From an uncultured bacterium (GTDB lineage: Bacteria > Acidobacteriota > HRBIN11 > JAKEFK01), in assembly GCA_963777505.1 (NCBI GenBank), contig CAVZQN010000005.1:32001-96000 (forward strand): 64,000 nt of DNA. The letters are read 5' to 3'. Below are positions 20,219-29,577 of the stretch, in pieces. The translations under genes and the position numbers were made by a program. The first letter of the stretch is position 1. Each line of letters begins with the position of its first letter. The notes under the pieces were generated by a model. That model saw only the letters and a program-made list of their open reading frames with translations. It was not told the DNA's origin and did no database searches.

Positions 20219-21607
20219 ATGGCTGAATTAAATCAAAAGATTGAGCAGTTCAAAGGAAAAATCAAAGGCAGGACTGTACTACCGGAGGACTCGGATTATA
20301 ACGACATTCGAAAGATTTGGAATGCAATGATCGATCGGCGTCCCGCAGTCATTGTGCGATGTGGCGGCGCCGAAGATGTTCAACAGGCAATTGCCTTTGC
20401 GAAAGAGAACAGACTTGACTTGACCGTTCGTGGAGCCGGTCACAACATTGCAGGAAATGCAGTTTCGGACAACGGCCTTATGATCGATCTTTCAACTCTA
20501 AAAAATGTCAGAGTGGATTCAACGAAGAGGCGTGCGTATGTCGATCCGGGAGCAACACTTCGCGATTTTGATGAAGCGGTTCAGGCTCACGGACTGGCTA
20601 CGCCTGTCGGTATTAATTCCACAACAGGGATTGCAGGTTTAACACTTGGCGGTGGATTCGGCTGGCTTACTCGCAAGCATGGATTTACGATCGATAATCT
20701 CATTTCTGCAGAAGTAATCACAGCGGACGGTCAAAAGAGACAGGCGAGTGAAACAGAAAACGCAGATCTGTTCTGGGCTCTTCGTGGTGGTGGCGGGAAT
20801 TTCGGAGTTGTAACTCAATTCGAATTGGGACTTCATCCTGTCGGTCCGGAAATTCTGGCCGGTCTCCTCGTTTTTCCTTTCGATCAAGCAAAACAAGTCT
20901 TGTCGAACTATCGAGAATTCATGAAATCCGCACCGGAAGATTTAAATGTTTGGGTCGTGATGCGTCAAGCCCCTCCGCTGCCTTTTCTTCCTGAAAATGT
21001 ACATGGAAAAGAAGTTGTTGTGCTGGCAGTGTTTTATCGAGGCGATTCTGCCGCGGGCCAAAAACTGATCGACGGTATTCGAGCGTTCGGAACTCTGCAC
21101 GGTGAACACGTTGGAACACAACCCTATGCACAATGGCAGCAAGCCTTTGATCCTTTGCTGACACCCGGTGCCAGAAATTATTGGAAATCACATAATTTTA
21201 CCGACCTCAGTGATGGCGCCTTCGATACCATGATTGATTACGCTGGAAAACTGCCATCTCCCCAATGTGAAATTTTTGTTGCTTGTGTATCAGGCGCCGC
21301 GAATCGCGTTTCGCCTGATGCAATGGCATATCGTTACCGCGACGCAAAGTTCATTCTCAACGTTCACGGGCGATGGGAAACTGCAGCGGATGATCAGAAA
21401 ATCATCGGTTGGGCTCGTGAATTTTTTAAAGCCTCCGCCCCTTTTGCGTCCGCCGGTGCATATGTGAACTTCATGACTGAAGATGAAGGTGAACGCGTTT
21501 CAGCAGTGTATGGGCCAAACTATAAACGGCTGGCGGAAATAAAACAGAAGTACGATCCGGACAACTTGTTTCATTTCAATCAGAACATTCGTCCGAATAG
21601 GACTTAA
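20219..21607 (+). CDS. FAD-linked oxidase (BBE/VAO family)
   Basis: VRGAGHN covalent-FAD His motif, GGGGNFGVVT, KYDPDNLF. Confidence 0.93.
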   Translation: MAELNQKIEQFKGKIKGRTVLPEDSDYNDIRKIWNAMIDRRPAVIVRCGGAEDVQQAIAFAKENRLDLTVRGAGHNIAGNAVSDNGLMIDLSTLKNVRVDSTKRRAYVDPGATLRDFDEAVQAHGLATPVGINSTTGIAGLTLGGGFGWLTRKHGFTIDNLISAEVITADGQKRQASETENADLFWALRGGGGNFGVVTQFELGLHPVGPEILAGLLVFPFDQAKQVLSNYREFMKSAPEDLNVWVVMRQAPPLPFLPENVHGKEVVVLAVFYRGDSAAGQKLIDGIRAFGTLHGEHVGTQPYAQWQQAFDPLLTPGARNYWKSHNFTDLSDGAFDTMIDYAGKLPSPQCEIFVACVSGAANRVSPDAMAYRYRDAKFILNVHGRWETAADDQKIIGWAREFFKASAPFASAGAYVNFMTEDEGERVSAVYGPNYKRLAEIKQKYDPDNLFHFNQNIRPNRT

Positions 21608-21633
21608 TGCTAACTTTGGTTATCATATGGGAC

Positions 21634-21657
21634 ATAGTACTATATGTATAGTACTAT
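21634..21657. repeat. AT-rich double palindrome, copy 2 (ATAGTACTATATGTATAGTACTAT)
   Basis: Intergenic, between convergent genes. Confidence 0.78.
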
Positions 21658-21709
21658 TCACTGTAAACAGATTTCCATGACAGCGGTACTTTGGATTTTC
21701 TAGAAGGCC

Positions 21710-21736
21710 GGATGGAGAATGAATGATTCTCCATCC
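21710..21736. terminator. 11-bp stem hairpin between convergent genes
   Basis: GGATGGAGAAT-GAATG-ATTCTCCATCC; no strong U-tract. Confidence 0.45.
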
Positions 21737-21762
21737 TGAATGTTCATGATAATTCTCTTGCC

Positions 21763-22116
21763 TTAAACTTCAGTGCTGTTCGGAAGGTGAATGCTTAATC
21801 CAGCGACTTTATTGGAATCGACCGTAAAGTGAAAATCCAATACGAGTGGATCAGGTAGGCCTGTTTTATCGAAGGTGCCATCTACCCTGGCGGTTACAAT
21901 GGTCTTTCCACTCTGCTCAACAGATTTGATTGGTTCAAGCGTGACTTTTGCGCCGATTATTTTTTCGTCGCTCCATTTTTTGATTTCGCCTATTCCACGA
22001 TAGTCATGGCCTTCATCATTGATGACGGCGGTTTCAGTCAAGGTGCCAAGAAAGGCCTCGGTGTTGTGCTGATTGGTTGCGTCTATGAAAGCTACGATTG
22101 GATTTGGTATCTTCAT
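21763..22116 (-). CDS. SnoaL/NTF2-like family protein
   Basis: AVINDEGHDYRG, VDGTFDKTGLPDPL; GGAG RBS. Confidence 0.8.
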   Translation of the reverse strand: MKIPNPIVAFIDATNQHNTEAFLGTLTETAVINDEGHDYRGIGEIKKWSDEKIIGAKVTLEPIKSVEQSGKTIVTARVDGTFDKTGLPDPLVLDFHFTVDSNKVAGLSIHLPNSTEV

Positions 22117-22261
22117 TGTTATACTCCTTTTTACTTTTCCAAAATCAATTATTGTTTGGCGGCTGAGTTTCATCAATACGGAAAATGAAATCCAATACGG
22201 ATAAATTAATCCCTATGGTGTATTACAATGATTGATAGAACATTCTTCTGAGTTTTGGGTT

Positions 22262-22612
22262 ATGTACCAGCGAAAGAATCCGATTAAACTGAATTGTGGA
22301 CTCGATCTTGTCAGGGAAGTGATCTATGGCAAGTGGAAAATTCACCTGATCTATTTCATTTCACAAGGTGTAAAGCGTCCGGGCGATCTACAAAGACGTA
22401 TCCCGGGAGCCACGCGAAGAGTATTAAACGTTCAATTGAATCAACTGGAACAACACGGGCTTGTTGCCAAGAAAATATATGCGGAGCTGCCGCCAAGAGT
22501 TGAATATGCTTTGACTGTATTAGGGCGCACCGTTCTGCCAGTCATTAATGCATTAGGGAAATGGGGAGATGATCATCAGGAAGAATTACGCCGCGTAATT
22601 TCCGGTTCATAG
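22262..22612 (+). CDS. HxlR family winged-helix regulator
   Basis: CGLD..GKWK and PPRVEYALT; divergent from the SnoaL gene. Confidence 0.88.
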   Translation: MYQRKNPIKLNCGLDLVREVIYGKWKIHLIYFISQGVKRPGDLQRRIPGATRRVLNVQLNQLEQHGLVAKKIYAELPPRVEYALTVLGRTVLPVINALGKWGDDHQEELRRVISGS

Positions 22613-22622
22613 TAGATTTCAA

Positions 22623-23162
22623 TTATGGATTCTTGGAACGTAATTTGTTGTAAAGTGCCTGGGAATTGGGATCGACAAAATAGTTATCATGTTGCATACA
22701 AATTTCGGCAAATTCTTCTTCACTGACTTTACGACCTGCAGCAATTTCAGCGAGTGCTTGAAAATATCCTTCGCGTGGTGCGCCGGGTGCGAAAAGAATC
22801 AGCATTGATGCCGGCTCATCAGACTCATTTCCGAACCCGTGTAATCCACCTTCAGGCACGTAAAGAAAATCTCCGGCAGTTGCATCGATCCAGCGTTCTC
22901 CATTAAACATTCGCACTCTTCCTGATAGCACGAAGAAGGATTCCGACATCGTTCTGTGAAAGTGTGGATTCGCTCCTGGTGTATTCGGTTTCACTTCCCA
23001 TTTATACAATCCGAATTGTCCGTGCGTGGATTCGCCACTAGCTAAGTAACTTATAACTGCACGTGAACCAATTTTCAGATCCGGTTCATGATCGTGTGCA
23101 GGACGGAAAATTGCACTAATCTGCCCGTCATCATCTAAATAGCGCGGATCAGGATATGACAT
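22623..23162 (-). CDS. Cupin domain protein
   Basis: PHFHRTMSESFFVLSG, GDFLYVPEGGLHGF. Confidence 0.88.
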   Translation of the reverse strand: MSYPDPRYLDDDGQISAIFRPAHDHEPDLKIGSRAVISYLASGESTHGQFGLYKWEVKPNTPGANPHFHRTMSESFFVLSGRVRMFNGERWIDATAGDFLYVPEGGLHGFGNESDEPASMLILFAPGAPREGYFQALAEIAAGRKVSEEEFAEICMQHDNYFVDPNSQALYNKLRSKNP

Positions 23163-23265
23163 GGATGGCTCCTTTTTTTGATTATTGAATATCGTCACTT
23201 AAAGAATATCCAGACCTGCCTATACTGCAACTTTTGTTACACGAAAAATGACGGTGTTGGCTAGA

Positions 23266-23300
23266 TAATACTATAAATATAGTACTATATCTATAGTGAT
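23266..23300. repeat. AT-rich double palindrome, copy 3 (three 14-bp-period units)
   Basis: TAATACTATAAATATAGTACTATATCTATAGTGAT. Confidence 0.7.
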
Positions 23301-23303
23301 TCG

Positions 23304-24290
23304 CTAGCCTTTTGCTGAATACCAGTCCAACACCCGTAACGCTCGCAGCGTGTTCCACCGGCTCGGCCGGCCTTCGCCTTCGTCCACCTCAATTGGCATC
23401 GTTCCAGGGTGCTGGTTCTCGAGCGGCCACAGACCGTTGGTGTCGCGCTTCGACTCGACCAGCTCAATTGCCTCGGCTACGCGCTCGTCCGGCGTGACGT
23501 CGGCCCTGCGTAGGTACTCAAGTGCACGAAGCACGTCGTAGTGCCACCAGGTCGGGAAGGAGAAGCGCATCCAGGCTGGATCAATGATCTCACCGGTCGT
23601 CTGCCGCCGGAGGAGTCGGCGTTGGAGGAGGTACTCCTGGCCGCGGAGGCGAGCCTCGATCACCTCGATGCTGCGACCGCCGGCTAGTTCGTATTCAAGC
23701 AAAGCTTCCAGCACGCAGATCGTGGTGTTAAATGATGACCGCGTCGAGCCATTGGCGGACTCGCAGTTCCAGCCGCCGTCGAGTAGTTGCTCGCTGAGCA
23801 GGCGGTCGATGATCCGCTTAACGTCTTGCCTGAAGTACGCACCGCTCGCCGCCACCTGGCCATTGATGCATGGCTCAACCTCGCCTGCGAAGAATGGTGT
23901 GCCGCTAAATTCCACACCCCGCCACGTGCCATCCCAGTCCCAACCTCGCCATGTCACGTGGTCGCGAACCGAGCTCATTGCATGACGCGCCTCGTCGCTC
24001 GCAGGATCGAGACCGAATTCTCGCAACAACATCAGGACGTGCATTGTGGAGTCCCACCCATGGTTCCACGCCGCGCCGGCCCACGATCCGTCGGTTCCCT
24101 GAAGTGCGAGCAGCCTTGCGCCTTTTCCCTCGGTGGCGACTCGTCTGCGCTCGCCTGCGACCTCCTCCGCCGGTGCACCGATCAAGTCTTGCATCGTCTG
24201 CCAACGGATCGAAGGGTCAGAATCAAGAAGCCACTGGATGACAGATTTGTTTAGCTTGGAAGCTTGTCGTTTAGGTGCGTTGGTAGACAT
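23304..24290 (-). CDS. Prenyltransferase/squalene-cyclase-like alpha-barrel hypothetical protein
   Basis: WLLDSDPSIRWQ, EQLLDGGWNC, WHYDVLRALEY, SRWNTLRALRVL; visibly GC-richer than the flanks. Confidence 0.75.
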   Translation of the reverse strand: MSTNAPKRQASKLNKSVIQWLLDSDPSIRWQTMQDLIGAPAEEVAGERRRVATEGKGARLLALQGTDGSWAGAAWNHGWDSTMHVLMLLREFGLDPASDEARHAMSSVRDHVTWRGWDWDGTWRGVEFSGTPFFAGEVEPCINGQVAASGAYFRQDVKRIIDRLLSEQLLDGGWNCESANGSTRSSFNTTICVLEALLEYELAGGRSIEVIEARLRGQEYLLQRRLLRRQTTGEIIDPAWMRFSFPTWWHYDVLRALEYLRRADVTPDERVAEAIELVESKRDTNGLWPLENQHPGTMPIEVDEGEGRPSRWNTLRALRVLDWYSAKG

Positions 24291-24299
24291 TTGCTGCGT

Positions 24300-24716
24300 T
24301 TACGAACGAACATTCACAATAGTTGCCTGCATGATCGCAATCAATTTAGAGTCCGCTCCCACAAAAGCTCGGACTTCTCCTGTGCAAATAGTGAGAAGCT
24401 TGCCCGAACTTTGTACCTTCCCGATTGCTAAGAATCTTTCGCCAATCGCAGGTCGCACGAAGTTGATCTTGAACTCGGCTGTGACAACCTCGCACTCGGG
24501 CGGCGCCTTAGTCAGCGCTGCATATCCACATGCACTGTCAACAATACTGGTTATTGCGCCTGCATGAACATAGCCGTGCTGTTGGGAAAGGTGTTCGGAA
24601 AATGGCAATAATATTTGAACCTCACCATCTTCTACCGTCAGGAGGTGCGCGCCGAGGGTTGTCATCAGACGCTGTGATTTGAAGCTGATTGCAATTCGTT
24701 CGTGGTTGTCATTCAT
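24300..24716 (-). CDS. PaaI family thioesterase
   Basis: QQHGYVHAGAITSIVDSACG. Confidence 0.9.
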   Translation of the reverse strand: MNDNHERIAISFKSQRLMTTLGAHLLTVEDGEVQILLPFSEHLSQQHGYVHAGAITSIVDSACGYAALTKAPPECEVVTAEFKINFVRPAIGERFLAIGKVQSSGKLLTICTGEVRAFVGADSKLIAIMQATIVNVRS

Positions 24717-24793
24717 GATTTCATGACGTTCATTCAATCGGATTAGCCAACTAGCACATAGTATCGTAGCCGCTGCGGATATCACAATATTTC

Positions 24794-25150
24794 ATGAGGG
24801 CTTTTCCCCATAATTGGTGCGTTAGTAAGTGGAGGAAGTTTTGTGAGATGGAATCACTTATGGACATTTATCAAAAACAAAAGCAATACGAGGCGGCCCT
24901 AACACGTTACAACAATACTCTGGAAAAGTTTGCGTATGACACAAATGCTCTCGTGAATCGTGGCGAGACGCTTCTGAGACTTGGCCGATTTCAAGAGGCT
25001 GAAGAAGATTTTCAACAAGCCATTCAGCTCGATCCAAAAGGAAAAGATCCGGCTGGAAATCGTGCCCGTGTGCTCGTAAGCATAGTTCAAGAGGCTATAA
25101 CGCTCGCGAAAGAAGAAGGGATTGAGACCTTAGATCAAGCAAAAAAGTGA
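24794..25150 (+). pseudogene. TPR protein, apparently a C-terminal fragment of a SycD/LcrH-like chaperone
   Basis: ALVNRGETLLRLGRFQEAEEDFQQAIQLDP..DPAGNRARVL; only about 2 TPRs and no convincing start or RBS. Confidence 0.5.
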
Positions 25151-25154
25151 CTGG

Positions 25155-25709
25155 TCAGATAGCGTAATAGAGCATCACATTTCCATTGTTGAAGGTTCGC
25201 GTCTTTGTAAGCTTCAGTGGCAACTTTTCCGTAACACCTTCGAACAGTGTCCTGCCCTGGCCAAGAACGATTGGAATCAGCGCAAAATGATATTCATCGA
25301 TTAAACGCTCTTGCGATAATTGCGAAACAATTGTGCCGCTTCCAAGAATAGTGATGTCGTCGTTGAGCTCTTTTTTCAGTTTTCGTACCTCGTCAGCCAA
25401 TCCTTCCTTCACAAGTCTCGTATTGTTCCACGTTACCTTATTCAAGGTTTTCGAAAACACAATTTTCGGCATTTGATTCATGCCCTCTGCTGTAACTGGA
25501 TCATTTTTCATCGCATGAGAGGTTGGCCAATAGCTTGCCATCAGCTCATATGTAATCCTGCCAAACAAGAGAGTGCCCTCACCGCTTGCATTTTGCGAAG
25601 CAAATTCGTTCCACTCGGGATCGGATTTGTGAGCCCAACTCATATCATTATTTTTATCTGTAAAATATCCGTCAAGCGTCACACTATCGAAAACAACTAA
25701 TTTCGCCAT
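25155..25709 (-). CDS. Dihydrofolate reductase / RibD C-terminal family protein
   Basis: VTLDGY, LLFGRITYE, GSGTIV, PIVLGQG. Confidence 0.88.
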   Translation of the reverse strand: MAKLVVFDSVTLDGYFTDKNNDMSWAHKSDPEWNEFASQNASGEGTLLFGRITYELMASYWPTSHAMKNDPVTAEGMNQMPKIVFSKTLNKVTWNNTRLVKEGLADEVRKLKKELNDDITILGSGTIVSQLSQERLIDEYHFALIPIVLGQGRTLFEGVTEKLPLKLTKTRTFNNGNVMLYYAI

Positions 25710-25730
25710 GGGATTCTCCAGTCCAGTACG

Positions 25731-25755
25731 TTCGGGTCTTAGACCCACGCGCTAC
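25731..25755 (-). repeat. Degenerate GTAG-type REP
   Basis: Minus strand GTAGCGCGTGGGTCTAAGACCCGAA shares the GGGTCTAAGACCC core. Confidence 0.65.
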
Positions 25756-25756
25756 G

Positions 25757-26134
25757 CTACTTTGCCGATTCATCCGCCTGGAAGATTCCAAACGTGTTTC
25801 CTTCCGTATCCAGAAAATATCCTTGCCAGCAAACGCCAGGTACTGCAAACTTTGGCAGCGCAACTTGACCACCGGCACCTAAGATTTTTTTTGCTGTTGC
25901 GTCAAAATTATCCATTTCGATCGAACAAACGAATGCGTTTGTTCCACACTCCGTCGGTGGAGTTTTCGCAGGACGTTTGAGTAATCCACCTCTTGTACCA
26001 CCTGTTTCTATGCGCCAGTATTCAACAGGTAATCCTTCTGCTTTTTCAAACTTCCAATCGAAGATTTGTTTATAAAAATTAGTTGCTCGACCTGGATCGT
26101 CAGCTTGTATTTCGAAATAAAGATGTCCATTCAT
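25757..26134 (-). CDS. VOC/glyoxalase family protein
   Basis: YFEIQADD..FY..F.W; YFLDTEGNTFGI. Confidence 0.88.
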   Translation of the reverse strand: MNGHLYFEIQADDPGRATNFYKQIFDWKFEKAEGLPVEYWRIETGGTRGGLLKRPAKTPPTECGTNAFVCSIEMDNFDATAKKILGAGGQVALPKFAVPGVCWQGYFLDTEGNTFGIFQADESAK

Positions 26135-26144
26135 ATAATTATCC

Positions 26145-26423
26145 TCACTTTTTCACTCGATATTTTTGTGGTTTTGAAGAAGTACGTTCGATTATTTTTC
26201 TGGCCTCCAAATCAAGTTTGACTGTTTCTGCATACCAGCTAATATTTTGCTCGAACGTTTCTTTCAAATCCTTGTTGATCCTCTTCATGAGTTCTGTATG
26301 AGTCAAATCTTCTTTTCTCAACGTCTTTAAAATGGCTTTTTTCATCGTTTCATAATTTTTGACACTGATGTTTCGTCCCGTTTTACCCTGAGGGTGTTTT
26401 GTTAATATTTTTTCTTCTGCCAT
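26145..26423 (-). CDS. Small hypothetical protein (DUF6958-like)
   Basis: HPQGKTG..I, WYAETVKLDLEARKIIER; GAGG RBS. Confidence 0.7.
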   Translation of the reverse strand: MAEEKILTKHPQGKTGRNISVKNYETMKKAILKTLRKEDLTHTELMKRINKDLKETFEQNISWYAETVKLDLEARKIIERTSSKPQKYRVKK

Positions 26424-26467
26424 GTTATTTCCTCATGCTTTCGTTGAGTTTTTTAAGCCCTCAATAA

Positions 26468-26496
26468 TAGTCGTCTGAGGGAGCTCGAAATCGACA
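26468..26496 (-). promoter_or_regulatory. ECF42-type promoter TGTCGA-N17-CGACTA
   Basis: About 45 bp upstream of the 26423 start, correctly oriented. Confidence 0.75.
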
Positions 26497-26605
26497 AAGT
26501 TGAATTAGAAGAGAACTAAAAAAGGATGGACTATTTAATTATAGGCGCTAATGTGGTTGCGGATCGCTTCAATCGTTTGATCTTAGCATGCTTACACTGC
26601 TGAGA

Positions 26606-28045
26606 TCAGCGAATGCTTTCGTCGACCTTCATGATGGTCTGTCTTGCCGAGCGTTTATCGTCACGAAATTTTGCGGAGTTGGCGAGTTCCGCTAAGGCTT
26701 CTGCGAGTTGAACATTATCAGGGCGAAGAGCTAACGCATTCAACATATCCTGGCGAATGCTTTCATTGAGTTTTTCAAACCCGGGCGCTGATGCAAGTTT
26801 CATCAAATTATTTATTTTGACGGAGTCCAGTTTTACATCTTGAAACATGTGAGGAACACTTGTGAGAATCTGATCCCGAACGCCAAGTGAAACGTCCTGG
26901 AGTTTGGGCGTCATCATCAATTCCATTAAATTATCAACGGCTCCAAAGTCTCGCGGCGGATAGTTGCGTACATGATTCAACATTTCCTCTTGCAACGGTT
27001 GCGGCATGTTGCGGAAGTTCTGACTGTTTGTAGCGTGACGTAAAGTGTCGCCAAGTACAGCATTATCCGGGTTCTGAATGTGAGAACGAATTAGAAAATC
27101 GCGAGTCTTTTTCGGAAGTTCAGCAAACTTCTGCGTTTCAGTAATTAAGTCTTCAAGATTTTCGATTTTGTTAGAATTGCCGCCGTAGCGTTCAAAGCGT
27201 TTCAACAATAAATCCTGTGTAGGTGGATCTAAGTCGCGGAAGTTCGGACTTCCAGCAATCTGAAGCAAATTATTTCCAACAGTCGAATCCCCTGGACGCG
27301 CCGCGAGAATTTTTAACATATGATCCTTGCTCTGCGGCGATAGACGATCAAAACCTGGTTCTGCAACAAGGTTTTTCAGAAGAGTAACGTTACCAGCCGT
27401 TGATGGACTTCCTGCATAACTCAAAACCTGATTTAGCATTTTTGTTTGTCCTGGCTCACCAAGACTTTTGAAGCCAGAACTACGAAGCAATTCGATGACA
27501 TTATTATTAAGTGCGGTATTTTTAGGTTGCTTACCTAAAATATCAAGCGCAAGCGTTAATCGTTTTTGAGTTTCAATGCCGGCTTTTCCATCTGGATTCA
27601 GACCTGTAGCACCCTGGAACTTTTCGATCGCCTCTTTTGTGTCTTGATCCATAGTCCCGCTGGTATTGATTGCACCTTGACCGTTTTCCATTCGCCATTT
27701 ATTCAAGGATTCCTGCAGCGATTTAATCTCAGCAGGTGTTGAGGGTATCTTGATTGCCCCAACTTGTGTATTTGCCGGAGCCGCAAAAACAGAATTTGAA
27801 GATGCCGAAAATTGAATGCTCCTCAGGTTCATCTCTTGAACCTGACCTCTGATTTTCATTTCTGAAACTTTTGCTGTGCTTGAACTCTTTTCTGTCCTTG
27901 GGTTTCCATCTGATGGTGTGCCGGTTTCTTTCGGTTGCGGCGATGGTTCTTCTTTTTGAACAGCAGGCGCTTCGATTTCGGCAGACTGTGGCACCGTCTG
28001 TAATCCAATAGAAGAACCGCCGATTTTAGGATCTCCAATACCCAT
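26606..28045 (-). CDS. Peptidoglycan-binding domain protein with about 8 helical repeats of ~36 aa
   Basis: PG_binding_1-like IKSLQESLN..TKEAIEKFQ..GLNPDGKAG; repeats SPxFxxLxxxxQxxML; GGAGGA RBS. Confidence 0.72.
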   Translation of the reverse strand: MGIGDPKIGGSSIGLQTVPQSAEIEAPAVQKEEPSPQPKETGTPSDGNPRTEKSSSTAKVSEMKIRGQVQEMNLRSIQFSASSNSVFAAPANTQVGAIKIPSTPAEIKSLQESLNKWRMENGQGAINTSGTMDQDTKEAIEKFQGATGLNPDGKAGIETQKRLTLALDILGKQPKNTALNNNVIELLRSSGFKSLGEPGQTKMLNQVLSYAGSPSTAGNVTLLKNLVAEPGFDRLSPQSKDHMLKILAARPGDSTVGNNLLQIAGSPNFRDLDPPTQDLLLKRFERYGGNSNKIENLEDLITETQKFAELPKKTRDFLIRSHIQNPDNAVLGDTLRHATNSQNFRNMPQPLQEEMLNHVRNYPPRDFGAVDNLMELMMTPKLQDVSLGVRDQILTSVPHMFQDVKLDSVKINNLMKLASAPGFEKLNESIRQDMLNALALRPDNVQLAEALAELANSAKFRDDKRSARQTIMKVDESIR

Positions 28046-28122
28046 TCTCATTCCTCCGATTAATAGCTCTTTAACCAAGACGTACGACGGGATCAGAGAA
28101 CGGGTTAAAATAGATCCTCTTT

Positions 28123-29376
28123 ATGATGAGCTTTCGCCATGTTGTATTGATTTCGTTTGCAATCGTTGGCTGGATCGTTCCAATCTGCGCTGAAACCAAC
28201 CTCGTTCTTTCAGGTGGCACGATTTACACGAGCCCGATGGAAGACCCAATCGCGAATGGAGTTGTTGTCATTCGTGATGGAAAGATTACTGCAGTCGCAA
28301 AAACAGAATCGATTCGGATTCCCAAAGACACCACAATCCTGGATTGTACCGGCCTTACAGTTGTTGCGGGGTTTTGGAACAGCCATGTTCATTTTAGTGA
28401 ACGAAGATGGTCAGCTGCTGAGAGTATTCCAGCACCTGAACTTACCCGGCAGCTTCAAGATATGCTAACGCGATATGGATTCACCAGTGTTTTTGATTTG
28501 AGTTCGCCGTGGGAAAACACTCGCAAGATCCGTGATCGTATAGAGTCCGGCGAAATCGCGGGTCCGCGAATTCGCTCCACTGGAGAAGCGTTGCTTAACA
28601 AAGGTTGGATGCCACCTGATCAGACGATGAAGGCTCTTGGTTTGATGCAAGTTCAAATGTATGAAGTGACGAATGCGGCCGAAGCGCTCACAGCGTCGAA
28701 GAAATTGTTGGATGCCGGCACAGATGGTCTAAAGTTATTTGCTGCTGCTTCATTTCCGCCTTTTGCTGTTCTTCCGGATGAAGTGATTAAGGCCGCAGTC
28801 AACGAAGCGCATCGCAGAAACAAGCCAGTGTTCGCACATCCTACGAGTCTCGATGGATTGCTGGCCGCTGTAAACGGGGGAGTGGACATCATTGCACACA
28901 CTACGCCTCAAGCAGGCGGTCCGTGGAATGAATCAGTCATAACAAAGATGTTGGAAGCAAAAGTTGCTCTCATTCCAACGTTGAAAGTCTGGCGGCACGT
29001 GCTGCGCCACGATCGTGTTTCGTTGAGTGATCAATGGGGAAAAACGACAACCGAACAATTGCGAGCCTGGCTTGCAGCCGATGGTCTGATTTTGTTTGGT
29101 AACGATGTTGGTGGCGCTGTTGATGATGATACTCAAGTCGATGAGTATCGGCTTCTGGCCGATGCCGGTATGACGTTTCAACAAATTCTGGCTTCGCTTA
29201 CAACCGCGCCTGCAGAAAAATTTGGAGATTCAGCCCAGCTTGGCCGCATCGCTCCTGGTTTTGCCGCAGATCTTGTCGTATTAAAGGGTGATCCATCACA
29301 GGATGTAGAAACATTTGGTAGTGTTATTTATACAATCAGAAACGGAAAAATAATTTACCAAGCAACGCGCCGCTGA
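28123..29376 (+). CDS. Amidohydrolase family protein with signal peptide
   Basis: GFWNSHVH, VFAHP, GRIAPGFAADLVVL. Confidence 0.9.
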   Translation: MMSFRHVVLISFAIVGWIVPICAETNLVLSGGTIYTSPMEDPIANGVVVIRDGKITAVAKTESIRIPKDTTILDCTGLTVVAGFWNSHVHFSERRWSAAESIPAPELTRQLQDMLTRYGFTSVFDLSSPWENTRKIRDRIESGEIAGPRIRSTGEALLNKGWMPPDQTMKALGLMQVQMYEVTNAAEALTASKKLLDAGTDGLKLFAAASFPPFAVLPDEVIKAAVNEAHRRNKPVFAHPTSLDGLLAAVNGGVDIIAHTTPQAGGPWNESVITKMLEAKVALIPTLKVWRHVLRHDRVSLSDQWGKTTTEQLRAWLAADGLILFGNDVGGAVDDDTQVDEYRLLADAGMTFQQILASLTTAPAEKFGDSAQLGRIAPGFAADLVVLKGDPSQDVETFGSVIYTIRNGKIIYQATRR

Positions 29377-29403
29377 AGAGGATCTTGATGTCGAAAATCA
29401 ATG

Positions 29404-29491
29404 AAGATTTACCACGGAGTCACGGAGAACACGGAGTTAATTCAGAAATTAATAAGCTCTCCGTGCCCTCCGTGACTCCGTGGTGAATCTT
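29404..29491. repeat. Long inverted repeat (33-bp arms, CACGGAG x3 per arm)
   Basis: The arm AAGATTTACCACGGAGTCACGGAGAACACGGAG pairs with 29459-29491 with 3 mismatches. Confidence 0.85.
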
Positions 29492-29577
29492 GGATTCCAC
29501 TTCGGAAAATCTTCTTCATATTTGCCGAATTCTGCTGGTGAGCGATTTACGCGAAGGAACCTGGTATTAGATAATAC

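Noticed and set aside
23312-24567. Many overlapping alternative ORFs
   Set aside because: Expected from the local high GC (few stop codons); no recognisable motifs.
21763-26423. Run of small, mostly co-oriented genes resembling an integron cassette array
   Set aside because: No recurring attC (RYYYAAC...GTTRRRY) structures and no integrase found.
29389-29417. TGTCGA as another ECF42 promoter
   Set aside because: No CGACTA at 17-bp spacing and no gene downstream on that strand.
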